Assembly (NCBI GenBank): GCA_002727315.1
Contig: PBWR01000007.1
Location: 204,005-268,004, forward strand
Direction of reading: 5' to 3'
Source: Alphaproteobacteria bacterium
GTDB taxonomy: Bacteria; Pseudomonadota; Alphaproteobacteria; UBA6615
Length of the DNA stretch: 64,000 nt
In this document: positions 43,488 to 57,076 of the stretch, in pieces
How positions within the stretch are numbered: the first letter of the stretch is position 1
Layout: every line of letters starts with the position of its first letter
The notes under the pieces: generated by a model
Told to the model about the DNA's origin: nothing
Database searches by the model: none
Seen by the model: the letters and a program-made list of their open reading frames with translations, nothing else
Position numbers and translations under genes: made by a program

Positions 43488-45068
43488 GTGATACCCCCCA
43501 TGATTTCTCGCTTCTCTGACCGGCTCAGGTCGCTTATCGGCTGGCGGCGCGCCCTCGCCGGTCTCGGCCTGGGCGCGGTGTCCGCGCTGGCCCTGGCGCC
43601 ATTCCATCTCGTTCCCCTGCTGGTTCCGGCCTTCGTCGGCCTGGTCTGGCTGCTCGAGGGTTCTTCGACGGGGCAACGGCGGATACGCCGCGGGATGCTG
43701 GACGGGTTCTGGTTCGGGTTCGGACATTTCTTCGTTGGGCTGCATTGGATTGCGGAACCGCTATTGGTCGACCCGGGGCGCACGGCCTGGCTCATCCCGT
43801 TTGCCCTGCCGGGGCTCGCGGCGGTCCTGAGTCTTTTCCCGGCGCTGGTTTGTGGCGCGCTGGCGGTATGGCGGCTCGGTGCTTCCCCGGTGGCGCATGT
43901 CCTGGCCCTAGCGGGTGCCTGGACAGTGGCGGAGTTTGTCCGCGGCTTCATCTTTACCGGTTTCCCCTGGAACCTGACCGGATATGTCTGGAGCGGATCA
44001 CCGGCGATGCTCCAGTCGACGGCGGTGATCGGGATACTCGGGCTCAGTGCAGTGACGGTTGTGGCGGCATCGATGCCCGCCGTTCTGGCCGCCCCCGACA
44101 TGCCCGCGCGGCAACGATGGGTCGTGTCGATCGCAGCGACGATCGTGCTGCCGGCGGTCCTGTGGGCCGGCGGCCAGGCCCGTCTGCAGTCGGCCGAGTC
44201 GGCGGCCGTACCGGATGTGCGTCTGCGCATCGTGCAGGCGAACATCGCCCAGCGGGACAAGTGGAACCCGGAGTTGCGCACCCGTCACCTGGAGCGCCAC
44301 GTCGCGCTGAGCAACGCGCCGGCCGATGCGCCGCCGACCCACGTGATCTGGCCCGAGACCGCGGTGCCGTTCTTTCTGGCGAACGACACGCTCGCCCGAG
44401 TTCGCGCCGCCCGGGCGGCGCCCGCGGGGGGGTCGCTTTTGACCGGCTCGGTCCGCGCGGCGTTCCGCGGCGGGGACCGTCAGTTGCACAACGCGATGGT
44501 CGTGGTCGACGGTGACGCCGATGTGCAGCGGATCTTCGACAAGTCCCACCTTGTGCCGTTCGGGGAGTATGTGCCGCTGAACGGCGTGCTGCCGATCGAC
44601 AAGATCGTCCCCGGCCAGGGGGGTTTCGTCGCCGGGCCCGGCCGCCGGCTGATCCGGGTGGACGGTCTGCCGGCGCTGAGCCCGTTGATCTGCTACGAGG
44701 CGATCTTTCCCGGCCGCGTGACGCCTGCCGAGGAACGCCCCGGATGGCTGCTCAACCTTACCAACGATGCGTGGTTCGGCAATTTCGCCGGGCCCCAACA
44801 GCATTTCGCAATCACCTCGACACGCGCGGTTGAGGAGGGCCTTCCCATGGTGCGGGCCGCGAATACGGGAATCTCCGCCGTGGTCGATCCCTATGGGCGC
44901 ACGCTCCGGCATCTCGGGATTGGTGTCGAGGGGGTGATCGACAGCCCGCTCCCAGCCGCGCTGGCCCCCACGCCTTATGCACGCTGGGGTGACTGGATTC
45001 CCGTAAGTCTTGCCCTCGCCTTGTTGGCGGCGGCGGGCCCCTTGGCGCGGCGTCCGAAATCCGCTTGA
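43488..45068 (+). CDS. lnt: Apolipoprotein N-acyltransferase
   Basis: 526 aa. Polytopic N-terminus and a CN-hydrolase domain (VIWPETAVPF, LICYEAIFP). The start could be the ATG at 43500. Confidence 0.92.
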   Translation: MIPPMISRFSDRLRSLIGWRRALAGLGLGAVSALALAPFHLVPLLVPAFVGLVWLLEGSSTGQRRIRRGMLDGFWFGFGHFFVGLHWIAEPLLVDPGRTAWLIPFALPGLAAVLSLFPALVCGALAVWRLGASPVAHVLALAGAWTVAEFVRGFIFTGFPWNLTGYVWSGSPAMLQSTAVIGILGLSAVTVVAASMPAVLAAPDMPARQRWVVSIAATIVLPAVLWAGGQARLQSAESAAVPDVRLRIVQANIAQRDKWNPELRTRHLERHVALSNAPADAPPTHVIWPETAVPFFLANDTLARVRAARAAPAGGSLLTGSVRAAFRGGDRQLHNAMVVVDGDADVQRIFDKSHLVPFGEYVPLNGVLPIDKIVPGQGGFVAGPGRRLIRVDGLPALSPLICYEAIFPGRVTPAEERPGWLLNLTNDAWFGNFAGPQQHFAITSTRAVEEGLPMVRAANTGISAVVDPYGRTLRHLGIGVEGVIDSPLPAALAPTPYARWGDWIPVSLALALLAAAGPLARRPKSA

Positions 45069-45205
45069 CGGGCCGGGGCCCGTTCCTGCACAACCGGCCC
45101 CCCCGCCGCTGACGGTTTTGTGGGTAACGAGATTTCGACGATCCCAGTCAGACATAACTGTTGGCCAATCAATGGCCGGCGCATCGATTTTAGGGAGGCA
45201 TCCCC

Positions 45206-46393
45206 ATGTCCACAGGCAATTATCTCTTCACCAGCGAGTCCGTCTCGGAAGGCCATCCCGACAAGGTCTGCGACCGGATTTCCGACGGAGTTGTCGACGC
45301 GTTTCTGGCCGCTGATCCGGAAGCCCGGGTGGCGTGCGAGACGCTGACGACAACAAATCGCATTGTGCTGGCGGGTGAGGTGCGCGGCCCCGAACCCCTG
45401 GTGGGCAAGGACGGCCATATCGATGCCGCCCGCATGGAAGACATTGCGCGCACGGCGGTGAAGGAAATCGGCTACGAGCAGGACGGCTTCCACTGGAAGG
45501 ACGCGGATGTGTCCGTCTACCTGCACGCCCAGTCGAGCGATATTGCCCAGGGCGTCGACGCTGCGGGCAACAAGGATGAGGGTGCGGGCGACCAGGGCCT
45601 GATGTTCGGTTACGCCTGCCGCGAGACCGACGTGCTGATGCCCGCCCCGATCCACTATTCCCACGCGATCCTTCGTTCCATGGCCGAGGCGCGCCATTCG
45701 GGCGCGGACAAGGGCCTGGGGCCGGACTCCAAGAGCCAGGTCACCATGCGCTACGAGAACGGCACGCCGGTCGGCGTGACCTCCGTCTTCGTCTCGACCC
45801 AGCATGAAGAGGCGCTTAGCCAGGACGATGTGCGCGAGATCGTGCGCCCCCATGTCCTCAAGATTCTGCCGGACGGCTGGATGTGCCCCGAGGACGAGTT
45901 TTATGTGAACCCGACCGGTCGCTTCGTGATCGGCGGACCGGATGGCGATGCGGGCCTGACCGGCCGCAAGATCATTGTCGACACGTATGGCGGTGCCGCC
46001 CCGCATGGCGGTGGTGCCTTCTCCGGCAAGGATCCGACCAAGGTCGACCGTTCCGCCGCTTATGCCGCGCGCTATGTGGCAAAGAACGTTGTCGCCGCGG
46101 ATCTCGCAGACCGTTGCACGATCCAGGTTGCCTACGCGATCGGCGTGTCGAAACCGCTGTCGGTCTATGTCGACACCTACGGCACGGGCAAGTCGAGCGA
46201 CGAAGTGCTTGCCGAGGCCGTGCAGAAGGCCATGGATTTGAGCCCGCGCGGTATTCGCGAGCATCTGGGTCTCAACAAGCCGATCTATGCACGCACGGCG
46301 GCCTACGGTCACTTCGGGCGTGAACCCGAGGCCGATGGCGGCTTTTCGTGGGAGAAGACGGACCTGGTCGACGCGCTTCAGAACGCCCTTTAG
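45206..46393 (+). CDS. metK: S-adenosylmethionine synthase
   Basis: 395 aa. [44 protein letters not shown]. Confidence 0.98.
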   Translation: MSTGNYLFTSESVSEGHPDKVCDRISDGVVDAFLAADPEARVACETLTTTNRIVLAGEVRGPEPLVGKDGHIDAARMEDIARTAVKEIGYEQDGFHWKDADVSVYLHAQSSDIAQGVDAAGNKDEGAGDQGLMFGYACRETDVLMPAPIHYSHAILRSMAEARHSGADKGLGPDSKSQVTMRYENGTPVGVTSVFVSTQHEEALSQDDVREIVRPHVLKILPDGWMCPEDEFYVNPTGRFVIGGPDGDAGLTGRKIIVDTYGGAAPHGGGAFSGKDPTKVDRSAAYAARYVAKNVVAADLADRCTIQVAYAIGVSKPLSVYVDTYGTGKSSDEVLAEAVQKAMDLSPRGIREHLGLNKPIYARTAAYGHFGREPEADGGFSWEKTDLVDALQNAL

Positions 46394-46439
46394 AGCTTTG
46401 CGGCGAACGACGGGGCGGGCGACGCACCCGCCGAGGGAT

Positions 46440-47144
46440 ATGGCAGCCAATCCGGCGGATTCCGATCCGCGTTTCCATGGTCGACGTCGCGGTCGCAAGA
46501 TGCGGCCCGGCCAGGCACGCCTGCTGGAAACCTATCTGCCCGATATCGCCATTACGCTGCCCGACGATGGCGCGCGTCTGGATCCCTTTTCATGGTTTCC
46601 CGACGGCACGCGGGACGTCTGGCTTGAGATCGGATTCGGGGCCGGCGAACATCTCGTCTGTCAGGCAGCCCAGAACCCGGAGGTGGGCTTCCTGGGGGCG
46701 GAGCCCTATCTGAACGGTGTGGCCCGGCTCTTGGCCACGACCGCGGACACCAGGCCGGCAAATATCCGGATCTATCCAGACGATGTCCGCCCGCTGCTCG
46801 ACCGCATGGCCGATGCCACGCTGGGCCGGGCATTTGTGCTGTTTCCCGACCCCTGGCCCAAGGCCCGGCACCACAAGCGCCGGATCATCAACCCGCTGAT
46901 GCTCGACACGCTGGCCCGGCTGCTGCGTTACGGGGCCGAACTGCGGATCGCCACGGACGATCAGGACTATCTGGTCTGGATTCTGCGCCACATGCAGGCC
47001 CATCCGAACTTCGAATGGCTGGCCGCGCGGGCCGCGGATTGGCGGGTGCGGCCGACCGATTGGCCGGACACGCGTTATGAGGACAAGAACCGCAGCGGCG
47101 GGCCCGGGCCGACCTTTCTGCGCTATCGCCGCATTCCCCGGTAG
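46440..47144 (+). CDS. trmB: tRNA (guanine-N7)-methyltransferase
   Basis: Start at the ATG at 46440, after GAGGGA. EIGFGAGEHL SAM motif and FPDPWPKARHHKRR. Confidence 0.9.
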   Translation: MAANPADSDPRFHGRRRGRKMRPGQARLLETYLPDIAITLPDDGARLDPFSWFPDGTRDVWLEIGFGAGEHLVCQAAQNPEVGFLGAEPYLNGVARLLATTADTRPANIRIYPDDVRPLLDRMADATLGRAFVLFPDPWPKARHHKRRIINPLMLDTLARLLRYGAELRIATDDQDYLVWILRHMQAHPNFEWLAARAADWRVRPTDWPDTRYEDKNRSGGPGPTFLRYRRIPR

Positions 47145-47160
47145 ACGCTCACCGTTCCGC

Positions 47161-47188
47161 TTGCGTTTTCCGCGGTTTTCCCTATATT
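47161..47188 (+). promoter_or_regulatory. Candidate sigma70-type promoter between trmB and rimP
   Basis: TTGCGT-N16-TATATT, found by eye. It lies 17 nt after the trmB stop and about 45 nt upstream of the terminator hairpin. Confidence 0.35.
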
Positions 47189-47230
47189 CCCGCTCTACAA
47201 GGCCCAACAGTCTGGTGACAGACAGTAAGG

Positions 47231-47262
47231 GGTGGCCCGGACAACCCGGCGCCGCCTTTTTT
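47231..47262 (+). terminator. Intrinsic terminator hairpin plus T-tract (trmB terminator and/or rimP-nusA leader attenuator)
   Basis: GGUGGC-CCGG-acaac-CCGG-c-GCCGCC (10 bp with one bulge and one G-U pair), followed by TTTTTT, then GTTACC, then TTTTTTT. Confidence 0.7.
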
Positions 47263-47296
47263 GTTACCTTTTTTTCGGTGGGGCCGAACACGGAGT

Positions 47297-47833
47297 TTGA
47301 TCGAAGGTTTGAGCCTGATCAGCGAAAATACCCAGACGGACAAGATCGTGTCTGTGATCGAACTGTCGCTTGCCGACCTCGGCTACGAACTGGTGCGCGT
47401 CTACTATGGCGGCGCGGGCCGCCCCGTGCTGCAGATCATGATCGACCGAGCCGACGGCGCAGACGTCACGATCGAGGATTGCACGCTGGCCAGCCGGACG
47501 GTATCGGCCTTGCTCGATGTCGCGGACCCGATTTCCGCGGCTTACGAGCTTGAGATGAGCTCTCCGGGGATCGACAGGCCGCTGACGCGGCAGAAGGATT
47601 TCGACAGCTTTGCCGGCTATGAGGCGAAGGTCGAACTGAAACAGGCCGTCGAGGGCCGCCGCCGGTTTCGCGGTCGGCTGCTCGGTGTGCAGGGCGACAC
47701 GGTTCGCCTGGCGGATCTGGAGGCGGAGGATGACGAGTATGTCCTGCCGTTCTCCGAGATCGCCAAGGCCAAGCTCGTGCTCACGGATGAACTCATTGCC
47801 GCGGCCCAGAAGGGCCGGATGAACGAAGGATAG
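47297..47833 (+). CDS. rimP: Ribosome maturation factor RimP
   Basis: IVSVIELSLADLGYELVRV...ELEMSSPGIDRPL. The track start at 47261 lies in the terminator T-tract, so a TTG at 47297 or 47309 is more likely. Start uncertain. Confidence 0.82.
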   Translation: MIEGLSLISENTQTDKIVSVIELSLADLGYELVRVYYGGAGRPVLQIMIDRADGADVTIEDCTLASRTVSALLDVADPISAAYELEMSSPGIDRPLTRQKDFDSFAGYEAKVELKQAVEGRRRFRGRLLGVQGDTVRLADLEAEDDEYVLPFSEIAKAKLVLTDELIAAAQKGRMNEG

Positions 47834-47839
47834 AGAATT

Positions 47840-49549
47840 ATGGAGTCTGGAGGTCCCAGCCGCATCGAGATGCTTGCCGTCGCCGACGCTGTCGCGCGCG
47901 AAAAGGGTATCGAGCGCGAGGAAGTCATCACCGCGATGGAACAAGCCATTCAAAAGGCTGGTCGCAACAAGTACGGCCCCGAGCATGATATCCGCGCGGT
48001 CATCGACCGCGATGGCGGTCATATCTCGCTCGCCCGCTACCGCGAGGTGGTCGAGGAGGTTGAGGATGAGAACACCCAGCTGACGGTCGATCAGGCACAG
48101 GCGGAAAAGGCCGACGCCAAGGTCGGCGAGTTCCTGGTCGATGATCTGCCGCCGATCGATTTCGGGCGCATTGCCGCCCAGACGGCCAAGCAGGTGATCG
48201 TCCAGCGCGTGCGCGATGCCGAACGCGAGCGCCAGTTCGAGGAATACAAGGACCGCGTCGGCGAGGTCGTGAACGGCCTGGTCAAGCGTGTCGAGTATGG
48301 CAACGTGACCGTCGATCTTGGCCGCGCCGAGGGCGTCATGCGCCGCGACGAGGCGCTGCCGCGGGAAAACCACCGCCCGGGCGACCGGATCCGAGCCTAT
48401 ATCTATGATGTGCGCCGCGAGCCCCGCGGTCCGCAGATTTTCCTGACGCGCACGCGTCCGGAATTGATGAAGGCCCTGTTCGCCCAGGAAGTGCCCGAAA
48501 TTTACGATGGCATCATCGAGATTCGCGCCGCGGCCCGTGATCCGGGCAGCCGTGCCAAGATCGCGGTGATCTCCAAGGACACCTCGATCGATCCGGTCGG
48601 CGCCTGCGTCGGCATGCGCGGCAGTCGTGTGCAGGCCGTGGTCGGTGAACTGCAGGGCGAGAAGATCGACATCATTCCCTGGTCGACCGACCCCGCGACC
48701 TTCGTGGTCAACGCACTGGCCCCGGCCGAGGTGAGCAAGGTCGTGCTCGACGAGGATGCCAACAAGATCGAGGTCGTGGTGCCGGATGAGCAGCTGTCGC
48801 TGGCCATCGGGCGGCGTGGGCAGAATGTGCGGCTCGCTTCCATGTTGTCGGGCTGGGATATCGACATCCTGACCGATGAAGAGGAATCCCAGCGTCGCCA
48901 GGACGAGTTCAACACCCGCAGCGCCATGTTTATCGAGGCGCTTGATGTGGAAGACGTCATTGCCCATCTGCTGGTGACCGAGGGTTTCGCGACCGTCGAG
49001 GAAGTCGCCTTCGTGCCGATCGAGGATTTGACCGTCATCGAGGGATTCGACGAGGAAATCGGCGAAGAGTTGCAGGCGCGTGCCCATGCATGGCTCGAGG
49101 AGCGTGATGCGAAACTCGACACCGAGCGCAAGAAGCTCGGCGTCGAGGATGCGATCCTCAACGTGGCTGGCCTGTCGCTGGAGAAGGCGGTCCGCCTCGG
49201 CACCCACGCCGTGCGCACGGCGGAGGACCTAGCTGGTCTGATGCCCGACGAGTACCGCTTCATCTTCATGGATGTGGAGACCGAGGTGAAACTCGACGAC
49301 CTGTTCGACATGGCGGACCACGAGATCAGTCGTCTCGTGCGCCAGAGCCCGGTCTCGACCGAGGATGCGAACACGATCATCATGGCCGCGCGGGTCGCGG
49401 TCTATGGCGAGGATGTGATCACGCCGGAACCCGAACCGGAAGCCGACGCTGAGGAGGCCGAAGCGGCGCCCGAGACGTCGCCGGAGCTCGCGACGGCCGA
49501 GGCGGTGTTCGCGCCGTCACCCGATCAGCCGGCCGGAGCCGGGGAATAG
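47840..49549 (+). CDS. nusA: Transcription termination/antitermination factor NusA
   Basis: 569 aa. NTD, S1, KH1/KH2 ([13 protein letters not shown]), two C-terminal HhH repeats and an acidic tail. Confidence 0.97.
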   Translation: MESGGPSRIEMLAVADAVAREKGIEREEVITAMEQAIQKAGRNKYGPEHDIRAVIDRDGGHISLARYREVVEEVEDENTQLTVDQAQAEKADAKVGEFLVDDLPPIDFGRIAAQTAKQVIVQRVRDAERERQFEEYKDRVGEVVNGLVKRVEYGNVTVDLGRAEGVMRRDEALPRENHRPGDRIRAYIYDVRREPRGPQIFLTRTRPELMKALFAQEVPEIYDGIIEIRAAARDPGSRAKIAVISKDTSIDPVGACVGMRGSRVQAVVGELQGEKIDIIPWSTDPATFVVNALAPAEVSKVVLDEDANKIEVVVPDEQLSLAIGRRGQNVRLASMLSGWDIDILTDEEESQRRQDEFNTRSAMFIEALDVEDVIAHLLVTEGFATVEEVAFVPIEDLTVIEGFDEEIGEELQARAHAWLEERDAKLDTERKKLGVEDAILNVAGLSLEKAVRLGTHAVRTAEDLAGLMPDEYRFIFMDVETEVKLDDLFDMADHEISRLVRQSPVSTEDANTIIMAARVAVYGEDVITPEPEPEADAEEAEAAPETSPELATAEAVFAPSPDQPAGAGE

Positions 49550-49561
49550 GGCGGGCGGCGC

Positions 49562-50257
49562 ATGACGTTGATCGCAGCGGAACAGACCTCGACCGGGCCG
49601 GCCCCGCGCCGGCGGGATCGCCAGGCGCCCGAACGGCGCTGTCTGGTGACGGGTGAGGTGCGGCCACGCGGTGAACTTATGCGTTTCGTCGTCGGCCCTG
49701 ACGATACGGTCGTGCCCGACCTCGACCGGCGCCTTCCGGGGCGCGGATTGTGGTTGACCGGACGCAGGGATATAGTCGCGCAAGCCTGCGCCAAGCGTGC
49801 ATTTGCGCGCGGTGCAAAGCGTCAGGTGACGCCGATGACCGGGCCCGATGGTGAGGGTCTGGACGCCTTCGTGGAGGCGGAACTGTTCCGCCGTGCGGTG
49901 GGGGCGTTGACGCTCGCACGCAAGGCGGGTGCGTATATTTCGGGCTTCGAGAAGGTCCGTTCGGCCCTGTCGGGGCTCCAGGAAGAGGGACCGGATCGTG
50001 CCGTTCTCCTGTGCGCCAGCGACGCCGGAGACGATGGCCGGGAAAAGGTAACGCGGCTGGCAGACCGGATTGGTGGTGTCGGACGCGTGGATGAATTCGA
50101 CGCCGCCACGCTGGGTCAGGTGTCGGGCCGTGATCGCACGGTTCATGCGCTGGTGTTGCCCGGCGGTGCCGCTCGCCATGTGGCGGATGCGGTTCGGAAA
50201 TACACGGACTACCGGGGCGATACGGCGCCGGTAGCCGATGTCGATGTGATGGATTGA
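49562..50257 (+). CDS. YlxR (DUF448)/L7Ae-like RNA-binding protein
   Basis: 231 aa. [20 protein letters not shown] (YlxR motif) plus an L7Ae-like C-terminal half. Conserved position between nusA and infB. Confidence 0.82.
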   Translation: MTLIAAEQTSTGPAPRRRDRQAPERRCLVTGEVRPRGELMRFVVGPDDTVVPDLDRRLPGRGLWLTGRRDIVAQACAKRAFARGAKRQVTPMTGPDGEGLDAFVEAELFRRAVGALTLARKAGAYISGFEKVRSALSGLQEEGPDRAVLLCASDAGDDGREKVTRLADRIGGVGRVDEFDAATLGQVSGRDRTVHALVLPGGAARHVADAVRKYTDYRGDTAPVADVDVMD

Positions 50258-50261
50258 GACT

Positions 50262-52859
50262 ATGGCGAATACGACCGAGAACGACGACAAGAAGAAAAAG
50301 CCGCTGACGCTGTCCAAGCCGGGCAAGCTCGAGCTGAAGAAGACCGTCGAAGGCGGCCAGGTGCGCCAGAGTTTCAGTCATGGCCGGACCAAGACGGTGA
50401 CCGTCGAGGTGAAGAAAAAGCGAACCTTCCAGCAGGGTTCGACCGGCGAGATGACGGAGATCAAGGAGGCTGCCGAGGACGCCGCGGCCGAGGCGACGCC
50501 CGCGCCCGTCGAGGCCGTGGAGACAACACCGCAGCGCACCCTGACCGAGGCCGAACAGGCCGCGCGCGTGCGCGCGCTCGAAGAGGCGCGCAAGGCCGCC
50601 GAAGAGGCGGCCATCGAGAGCGAGAAGGCCAAGGTGGCGCTCGAAGAGGCGCGCCAGGCCGCAGCCGAGGAAGAGGCGGCGGCCGAGGAGACCCCGGAAG
50701 AGGCACCGGCGGCCGAGGAAGTCGACACCCGCTCGCGCCGCGAGATCGAGGAAGAGGCGCGTCGCGCGGCCGAGGCGCAGGCCCAACAGATGGCCGAAGA
50801 GGCCGCCGCACGCGCGGCCGCGGCGGAACGCCGCTTCGCCGAGCTTGAGGAAGAGGCCGGTGGCAGCAGCGGTAAGGGCAAGGCGGCCCGTGCCGAAGGC
50901 CCGTCGCAGAAGGCCAGCCGACCGCGCGGCGAACGCAAGCGGCGCAGCGGCAAGCTCACCATTTCGGAGGCGCTCGACGAGGAGGGCGGCGCACGCCAGC
51001 TGTCCGTCGCCGCATTCCGGCGACGCCAAGAGCGCGAGCGCCAGCGCGCGACCCGCGACACCCAGGGCGGGGGCCAGGCGCAGCAGCGCGTGGTGCGCGA
51101 GGTCAACATTCCCGACACGATCACGGTGGCCGAGCTTGGCAACCGCATGGCCGAACGTGGTGCGGAGGTCATCAAGACGCTGATGAAGCTCGGTGTGATG
51201 GCGACCATCAACCAGACGATTGATCAGGAAACCGCGCAGCTTGTGGTCGAGGAGTTTGGTCACCAGGCGAAACTGACCTCGGCCAGTGACGTGGAGCTCA
51301 ATCTGGGCGCCGGTGTCGAGGACGAGGAGGGCACCCAGCTGCCGCGACCGCCGGTCGTCACCGTGATGGGCCATGTCGATCACGGCAAGACCTCGCTGCT
51401 CGATGCCCTGCGCTCGACCGACGTGGTCAGCCGCGAGGCGGGCGGCATCACCCAGCATATCGGCGCCTATCAGGTCGAACTCGAATCGGGCGATAAGATC
51501 AGCTTCATCGACACACCGGGCCATGCCGCGTTCACCGCGATGCGCCAGCGTGGCGCCCATGTCACCGACATCGTCATCCTAGTGGTGGCCGCCGATGACG
51601 GCGTGCAGCCCCAGACGGTCGAGGCCATCAACCATGCCCGCGCGGCCGAAGCGCCGATCATTGTGGCTGTGAACAAGATGGACCTTCCCGCCGCGGATGC
51701 CTCGCGGGTGAAGAACGAACTTCTGTCCCACGAGATCGTGCCCGAAGAGATGGGCGGCGACACCCAGGTTATCGAGGTCTCGGCCGAGACGCGGGCCGGG
51801 CTCGACACGCTGACCGAGGCGATTTCCCTGCAGGCGGAACTGCTGGAACTGACCGCCAACCCCGAGCGCAGCGCCTTTGGCGCGGTGATCGAGGCGCAGC
51901 TCGAGCGCGGCCGCGGCGCCGTCGCAACGGTGCTGGTCCAGGGCGGGACGCTGCGCGTCGGCGATATCTTCGTGGCCGGCGCCGAATGGGGCCGTGTGCG
52001 TGCCCTGGTCAATGATCGTGGCGAGAATGTCGAGGCGGCAGGCCCGTCCCAGCCGGCCGAGGTGCTTGGTCTCAATGGTGCGCCCCAGGCGGGCGATGAA
52101 TTCGCCGTGGTCGAGAATGACGGACGGGCGCGCGAGATTGTCGAATACCGGCAGGACGTGCTGCGCGACCAGCGCGCGGCGGCGGGTGCGCGCGGCAGCC
52201 TGGACGAGATGTTCCAGCAAATTCAGGCCGGTGAGGCGAGCCAGGTTCCCGTGGTCATCAAGGCAGATGTGCAGGGCTCCGTCGAAGCCATCGTCAGTGC
52301 GCTGGAGAATCTGTCGACGGACGAAGTCAAGGCCCAGGTTCTGCATGCCGCGGTTGGCGGCATCACCGAATCCGATGTTTCGCTGGCGACCGTGAACAAC
52401 GGCCTGATCATCGGCTTCAACGTGCGCGCCATTCCCCAGGCCCGTGACCAGGCCAAGCGCGACAATGTGGAGATTCGCTACTACAACGTGATCTACAACG
52501 TCGTCGACGATGTGCGCTCGATGCTCGAGGGCGAGCTTGCCCCGACGCTCGAGGAGAATCTCCTGGGCGCGGCGGAGATCCGCGAACTGTTCAGCGTCTC
52601 GCGGGTCGGCAAGGTTGCCGGTTGCATGGTCACCGACGGCATGATCCGCCGCGATTCGAAGGTCCGGCTGCTGCGCGACAGTGTCGTCGTGCACGAAGGC
52701 AATCTGGGCACGCTACGCCGGTTCAAGGACGATGTCCGCGAAGTCCAGAACGGCTACGAATGCGGTATCGCACTCGAGAATTACAACGACATCCAGGTGG
52801 GTGACATCATCGAGTGCTTCGAGGTGCAGGAGATCGCCCGCCAGCTCGAAGCGAGCTAG
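50262..52859 (+). CDS. infB: Translation initiation factor IF-2
   Basis: 865 aa. Ala/Glu-rich N-terminal region, G domain ([25 protein letters not shown]). Confidence 0.97.
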   Translation: MANTTENDDKKKKPLTLSKPGKLELKKTVEGGQVRQSFSHGRTKTVTVEVKKKRTFQQGSTGEMTEIKEAAEDAAAEATPAPVEAVETTPQRTLTEAEQAARVRALEEARKAAEEAAIESEKAKVALEEARQAAAEEEAAAEETPEEAPAAEEVDTRSRREIEEEARRAAEAQAQQMAEEAAARAAAAERRFAELEEEAGGSSGKGKAARAEGPSQKASRPRGERKRRSGKLTISEALDEEGGARQLSVAAFRRRQERERQRATRDTQGGGQAQQRVVREVNIPDTITVAELGNRMAERGAEVIKTLMKLGVMATINQTIDQETAQLVVEEFGHQAKLTSASDVELNLGAGVEDEEGTQLPRPPVVTVMGHVDHGKTSLLDALRSTDVVSREAGGITQHIGAYQVELESGDKISFIDTPGHAAFTAMRQRGAHVTDIVILVVAADDGVQPQTVEAINHARAAEAPIIVAVNKMDLPAADASRVKNELLSHEIVPEEMGGDTQVIEVSAETRAGLDTLTEAISLQAELLELTANPERSAFGAVIEAQLERGRGAVATVLVQGGTLRVGDIFVAGAEWGRVRALVNDRGENVEAAGPSQPAEVLGLNGAPQAGDEFAVVENDGRAREIVEYRQDVLRDQRAAAGARGSLDEMFQQIQAGEASQVPVVIKADVQGSVEAIVSALENLSTDEVKAQVLHAAVGGITESDVSLATVNNGLIIGFNVRAIPQARDQAKRDNVEIRYYNVIYNVVDDVRSMLEGELAPTLEENLLGAAEIRELFSVSRVGKVAGCMVTDGMIRRDSKVRLLRDSVVVHEGNLGTLRRFKDDVREVQNGYECGIALENYNDIQVGDIIECFEVQEIARQLEAS

Positions 52860-52940
52860 GCGGAAGCTGCACACACGCAAAGACGCCGCGCACGGCCGAC
52901 TGGCCGGTGCGCGCCAGATGGAACTGACGTCAGCAAGACA

Positions 52941-53366
52941 ATGACCGGGCATGGCCAGAATGCAAGCGGCGGCAAGGCGCCGTCCAAGCGCCAGTTGCGC
53001 GTGGGAGAAGAGGTTCGCCACGCCCTGTCGGGCGTAATGCTGCGCGCCGGATTCCGCGACCCCGAGCTGATCAACCGGGCGATCACCGTGACCGAGGTCC
53101 GAGTCAGCCCGGACCTGAAGAACGCGACCGCTTATGTGCTGCCCCTGGACGGCGAGGCGGAGCCGATGGTCAAGGCGCTTAACCGGGCGTCGGCCTATCT
53201 GCGCGGCCAGCTGGGCCAGGCGATCCGGCTGAAATATCTGCCGGCGCTGACCTTCGTCTATGACGCGAGCTTCGACGAGGCCACGCGGATCGAGACGATC
53301 ATGCACAGCCCGGAAGTGGCCCGCGATCTGGCCCTGGAAGACCGGACGGAAGAGGGCGACAGCTGA
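52941..53366 (+). CDS. rbfA: Ribosome-binding factor A
   Basis: 141 aa. RVGEEVRHALS...ITVTEVRVSPDLKNATAYV. Confidence 0.93.
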   Translation: MTGHGQNASGGKAPSKRQLRVGEEVRHALSGVMLRAGFRDPELINRAITVTEVRVSPDLKNATAYVLPLDGEAEPMVKALNRASAYLRGQLGQAIRLKYLPALTFVYDASFDEATRIETIMHSPEVARDLALEDRTEEGDS

Positions 53367-54292
53367 TGGGCCGGCGCCGCAAGGGATTGTCGGTCAATGG
53401 CTGGTTCAACCTGGACAAGCCCGCGGGGATGACGTCGGCGGCCTGCGTCAACGCGGTGCGCCGGGCCACGGGTGCCGCCAAGCTCGGCCATGCCGGCACG
53501 CTGGATCCCTCGGCGACCGGGATCCTGCCGATCGCGCTGGGCGAGGCGACCAAGACCATGCCCTATGTCACCGACAGCGCGAAGCGCTACACCTTCACCG
53601 TCAACTGGGGTGAGCGGCGGGACACCGACGATGCGGACGGCGCGGTGGTGAAGACCAGCGAGGCCCGCCCGGACCGGGACGCGATTCTGGCCGCCTTGCC
53701 GGCATTTATCGGCCGCATCGAGCAGGTGCCGCCGGCCTATTCCGCGATCAAGGTGGATGGCGAGCGCGCCTACTCCAAGGCCCGCGCAGGTGAAGACGTG
53801 ACGCTGGAGGCGCGCCGGATCGAGATTCACGCCTTCGAGTTGATCGATGTGATCGACGAGGGCCGGGCGCGATTTGCCGTGCAATCGGGCAAGGGAGCCT
53901 ATATGCGCGCCCTGGCCCGGGATCTGGCGGTCGCGCTGGGTACCTGTGGCCACCTGTCGGAGCTGCGGCGCACGGCCGTTGGGCCGTTCGCAGAAGATGC
54001 TGCGATTTCACTGGAAATGCTGCAGGAACTTGGCCATAGTGCCGCCGCCTCAACCCATTTGTTGCCGATTGAGACCGCGCTGGACGGTATCCCGGCGCTG
54101 GCCCTGTCGGATAGGGAAGCGGAAAGGCTTCGAAATGGGCAGGCAGTTCCCGTGCTGCGACCGCAGGATCGGGAACGGATCGCGACGGCGGGGGACGATG
54201 GAATTGTCCTGGCCCTCGAAGCGGAGACGCCCGTGGCGCTCGTCCGCGTCGACGGCATCCAGGTTCGTCCGGTCCGCGTTTTAAATCTTTGA
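53366..54292 (+). CDS. truB: tRNA pseudouridine(55) synthase
   Basis: 308 aa. [18 protein letters not shown] catalytic Asp motif. The ATG overlaps the rbfA TGA. Confidence 0.95.
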   Translation: MGRRRKGLSVNGWFNLDKPAGMTSAACVNAVRRATGAAKLGHAGTLDPSATGILPIALGEATKTMPYVTDSAKRYTFTVNWGERRDTDDADGAVVKTSEARPDRDAILAALPAFIGRIEQVPPAYSAIKVDGERAYSKARAGEDVTLEARRIEIHAFELIDVIDEGRARFAVQSGKGAYMRALARDLAVALGTCGHLSELRRTAVGPFAEDAAISLEMLQELGHSAAASTHLLPIETALDGIPALALSDREAERLRNGQAVPVLRPQDRERIATAGDDGIVLALEAETPVALVRVDGIQVRPVRVLNL

Positions 54293-54311
54293 TACCGGGA
54301 GCAAGAATGCC

Positions 54312-54581
54312 ATGTCGATTACGGCTGAGCGTAAGACTGAACTCATCAAAGAATTCCAGACCAAGGCTGGCGACACCGGTTCGCCCGAGGTCCAGGTTGC
54401 GATCCTGACGGAACGCATCAACAATCTGACCGGGCACCTGCAGACCCATGCCAAGGATCATCATTCCCGACGCGGGCTCCTCCTGATGGTGGGCCAGCGC
54501 CGGCGTTTGCTCGACTATGTGCGGCGCAAGGAAGAAGCGCGCTATCGCACGCTGATCGAGCGATTGGGCATTCGCCGCTAG
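54312..54581 (+). CDS. rpsO: 30S ribosomal protein S15
   Basis: 89 aa. [24 protein letters not shown]...[10 protein letters not shown]. Confidence 0.98.
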   Translation: MSITAERKTELIKEFQTKAGDTGSPEVQVAILTERINNLTGHLQTHAKDHHSRRGLLLMVGQRRRLLDYVRRKEEARYRTLIERLGIRR

Positions 54582-54792
54582 GCGCGGATGTCAGTTGTAC
54601 CGGCGCGGGCACGGCCCGGCGCCACGAAGACAGGCCCCAAGGACGCAATCCGGCGCCCAAGGCCTGGCCCGCACGGAAGGTCCGTGCACCGGCCGTCGAA
54701 ACTGAATTGCGTGACGGCGCGAAGACCCCGTTGGCACGGGGCGGACGTCTCGGGATAGGCCCGGACGGACGACGCAGGTTGAGAGATAAGCG

Positions 54793-57000
<2,208 letters not shown>

Positions 57001-57024
57001 TCTCGGCCACAAGCCAGAACGAAG

Positions 57025-57054
57025 ACGGCCCCGGAAATTCCGGGGCCGTTTTTT
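57025..57054 (+). terminator. Rho-independent terminator after pnp
   Basis: ACGGCCCCGG-aaatt-CCGGGGCCGT, a perfect 10-bp stem, followed by TTTTT. It starts 25 nt after the pnp TAA. Confidence 0.85.
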
Positions 57055-57076
57055 GTTCGGAAGCTGTTGGCTGAGG

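Noticed and set aside
45069-45205. SAM riboswitch upstream of metK
   Set aside because: There are small hairpins (ACGGGCC..GGCCCGT; GGCCA-atcaa-TGGCC) and a CGAUUUU stretch. I could not find the 3' AAAGCU element or the pseudoknot arrangement of SAM-II, or anything resembling SAM-I or SAM-V. A covariance-model scan would settle it.
47264-51560. Long antisense ORFs opposite rimP/nusA (47264-49207, 647 aa) and infB (49677-51560, 627 aa)
   Set aside because: Both lie opposite highly conserved, intact translation and transcription factor genes. Their products are Arg/Gly/Leu/His-rich with no family resemblance. They are GC3-driven stop-codon depletion artefacts.
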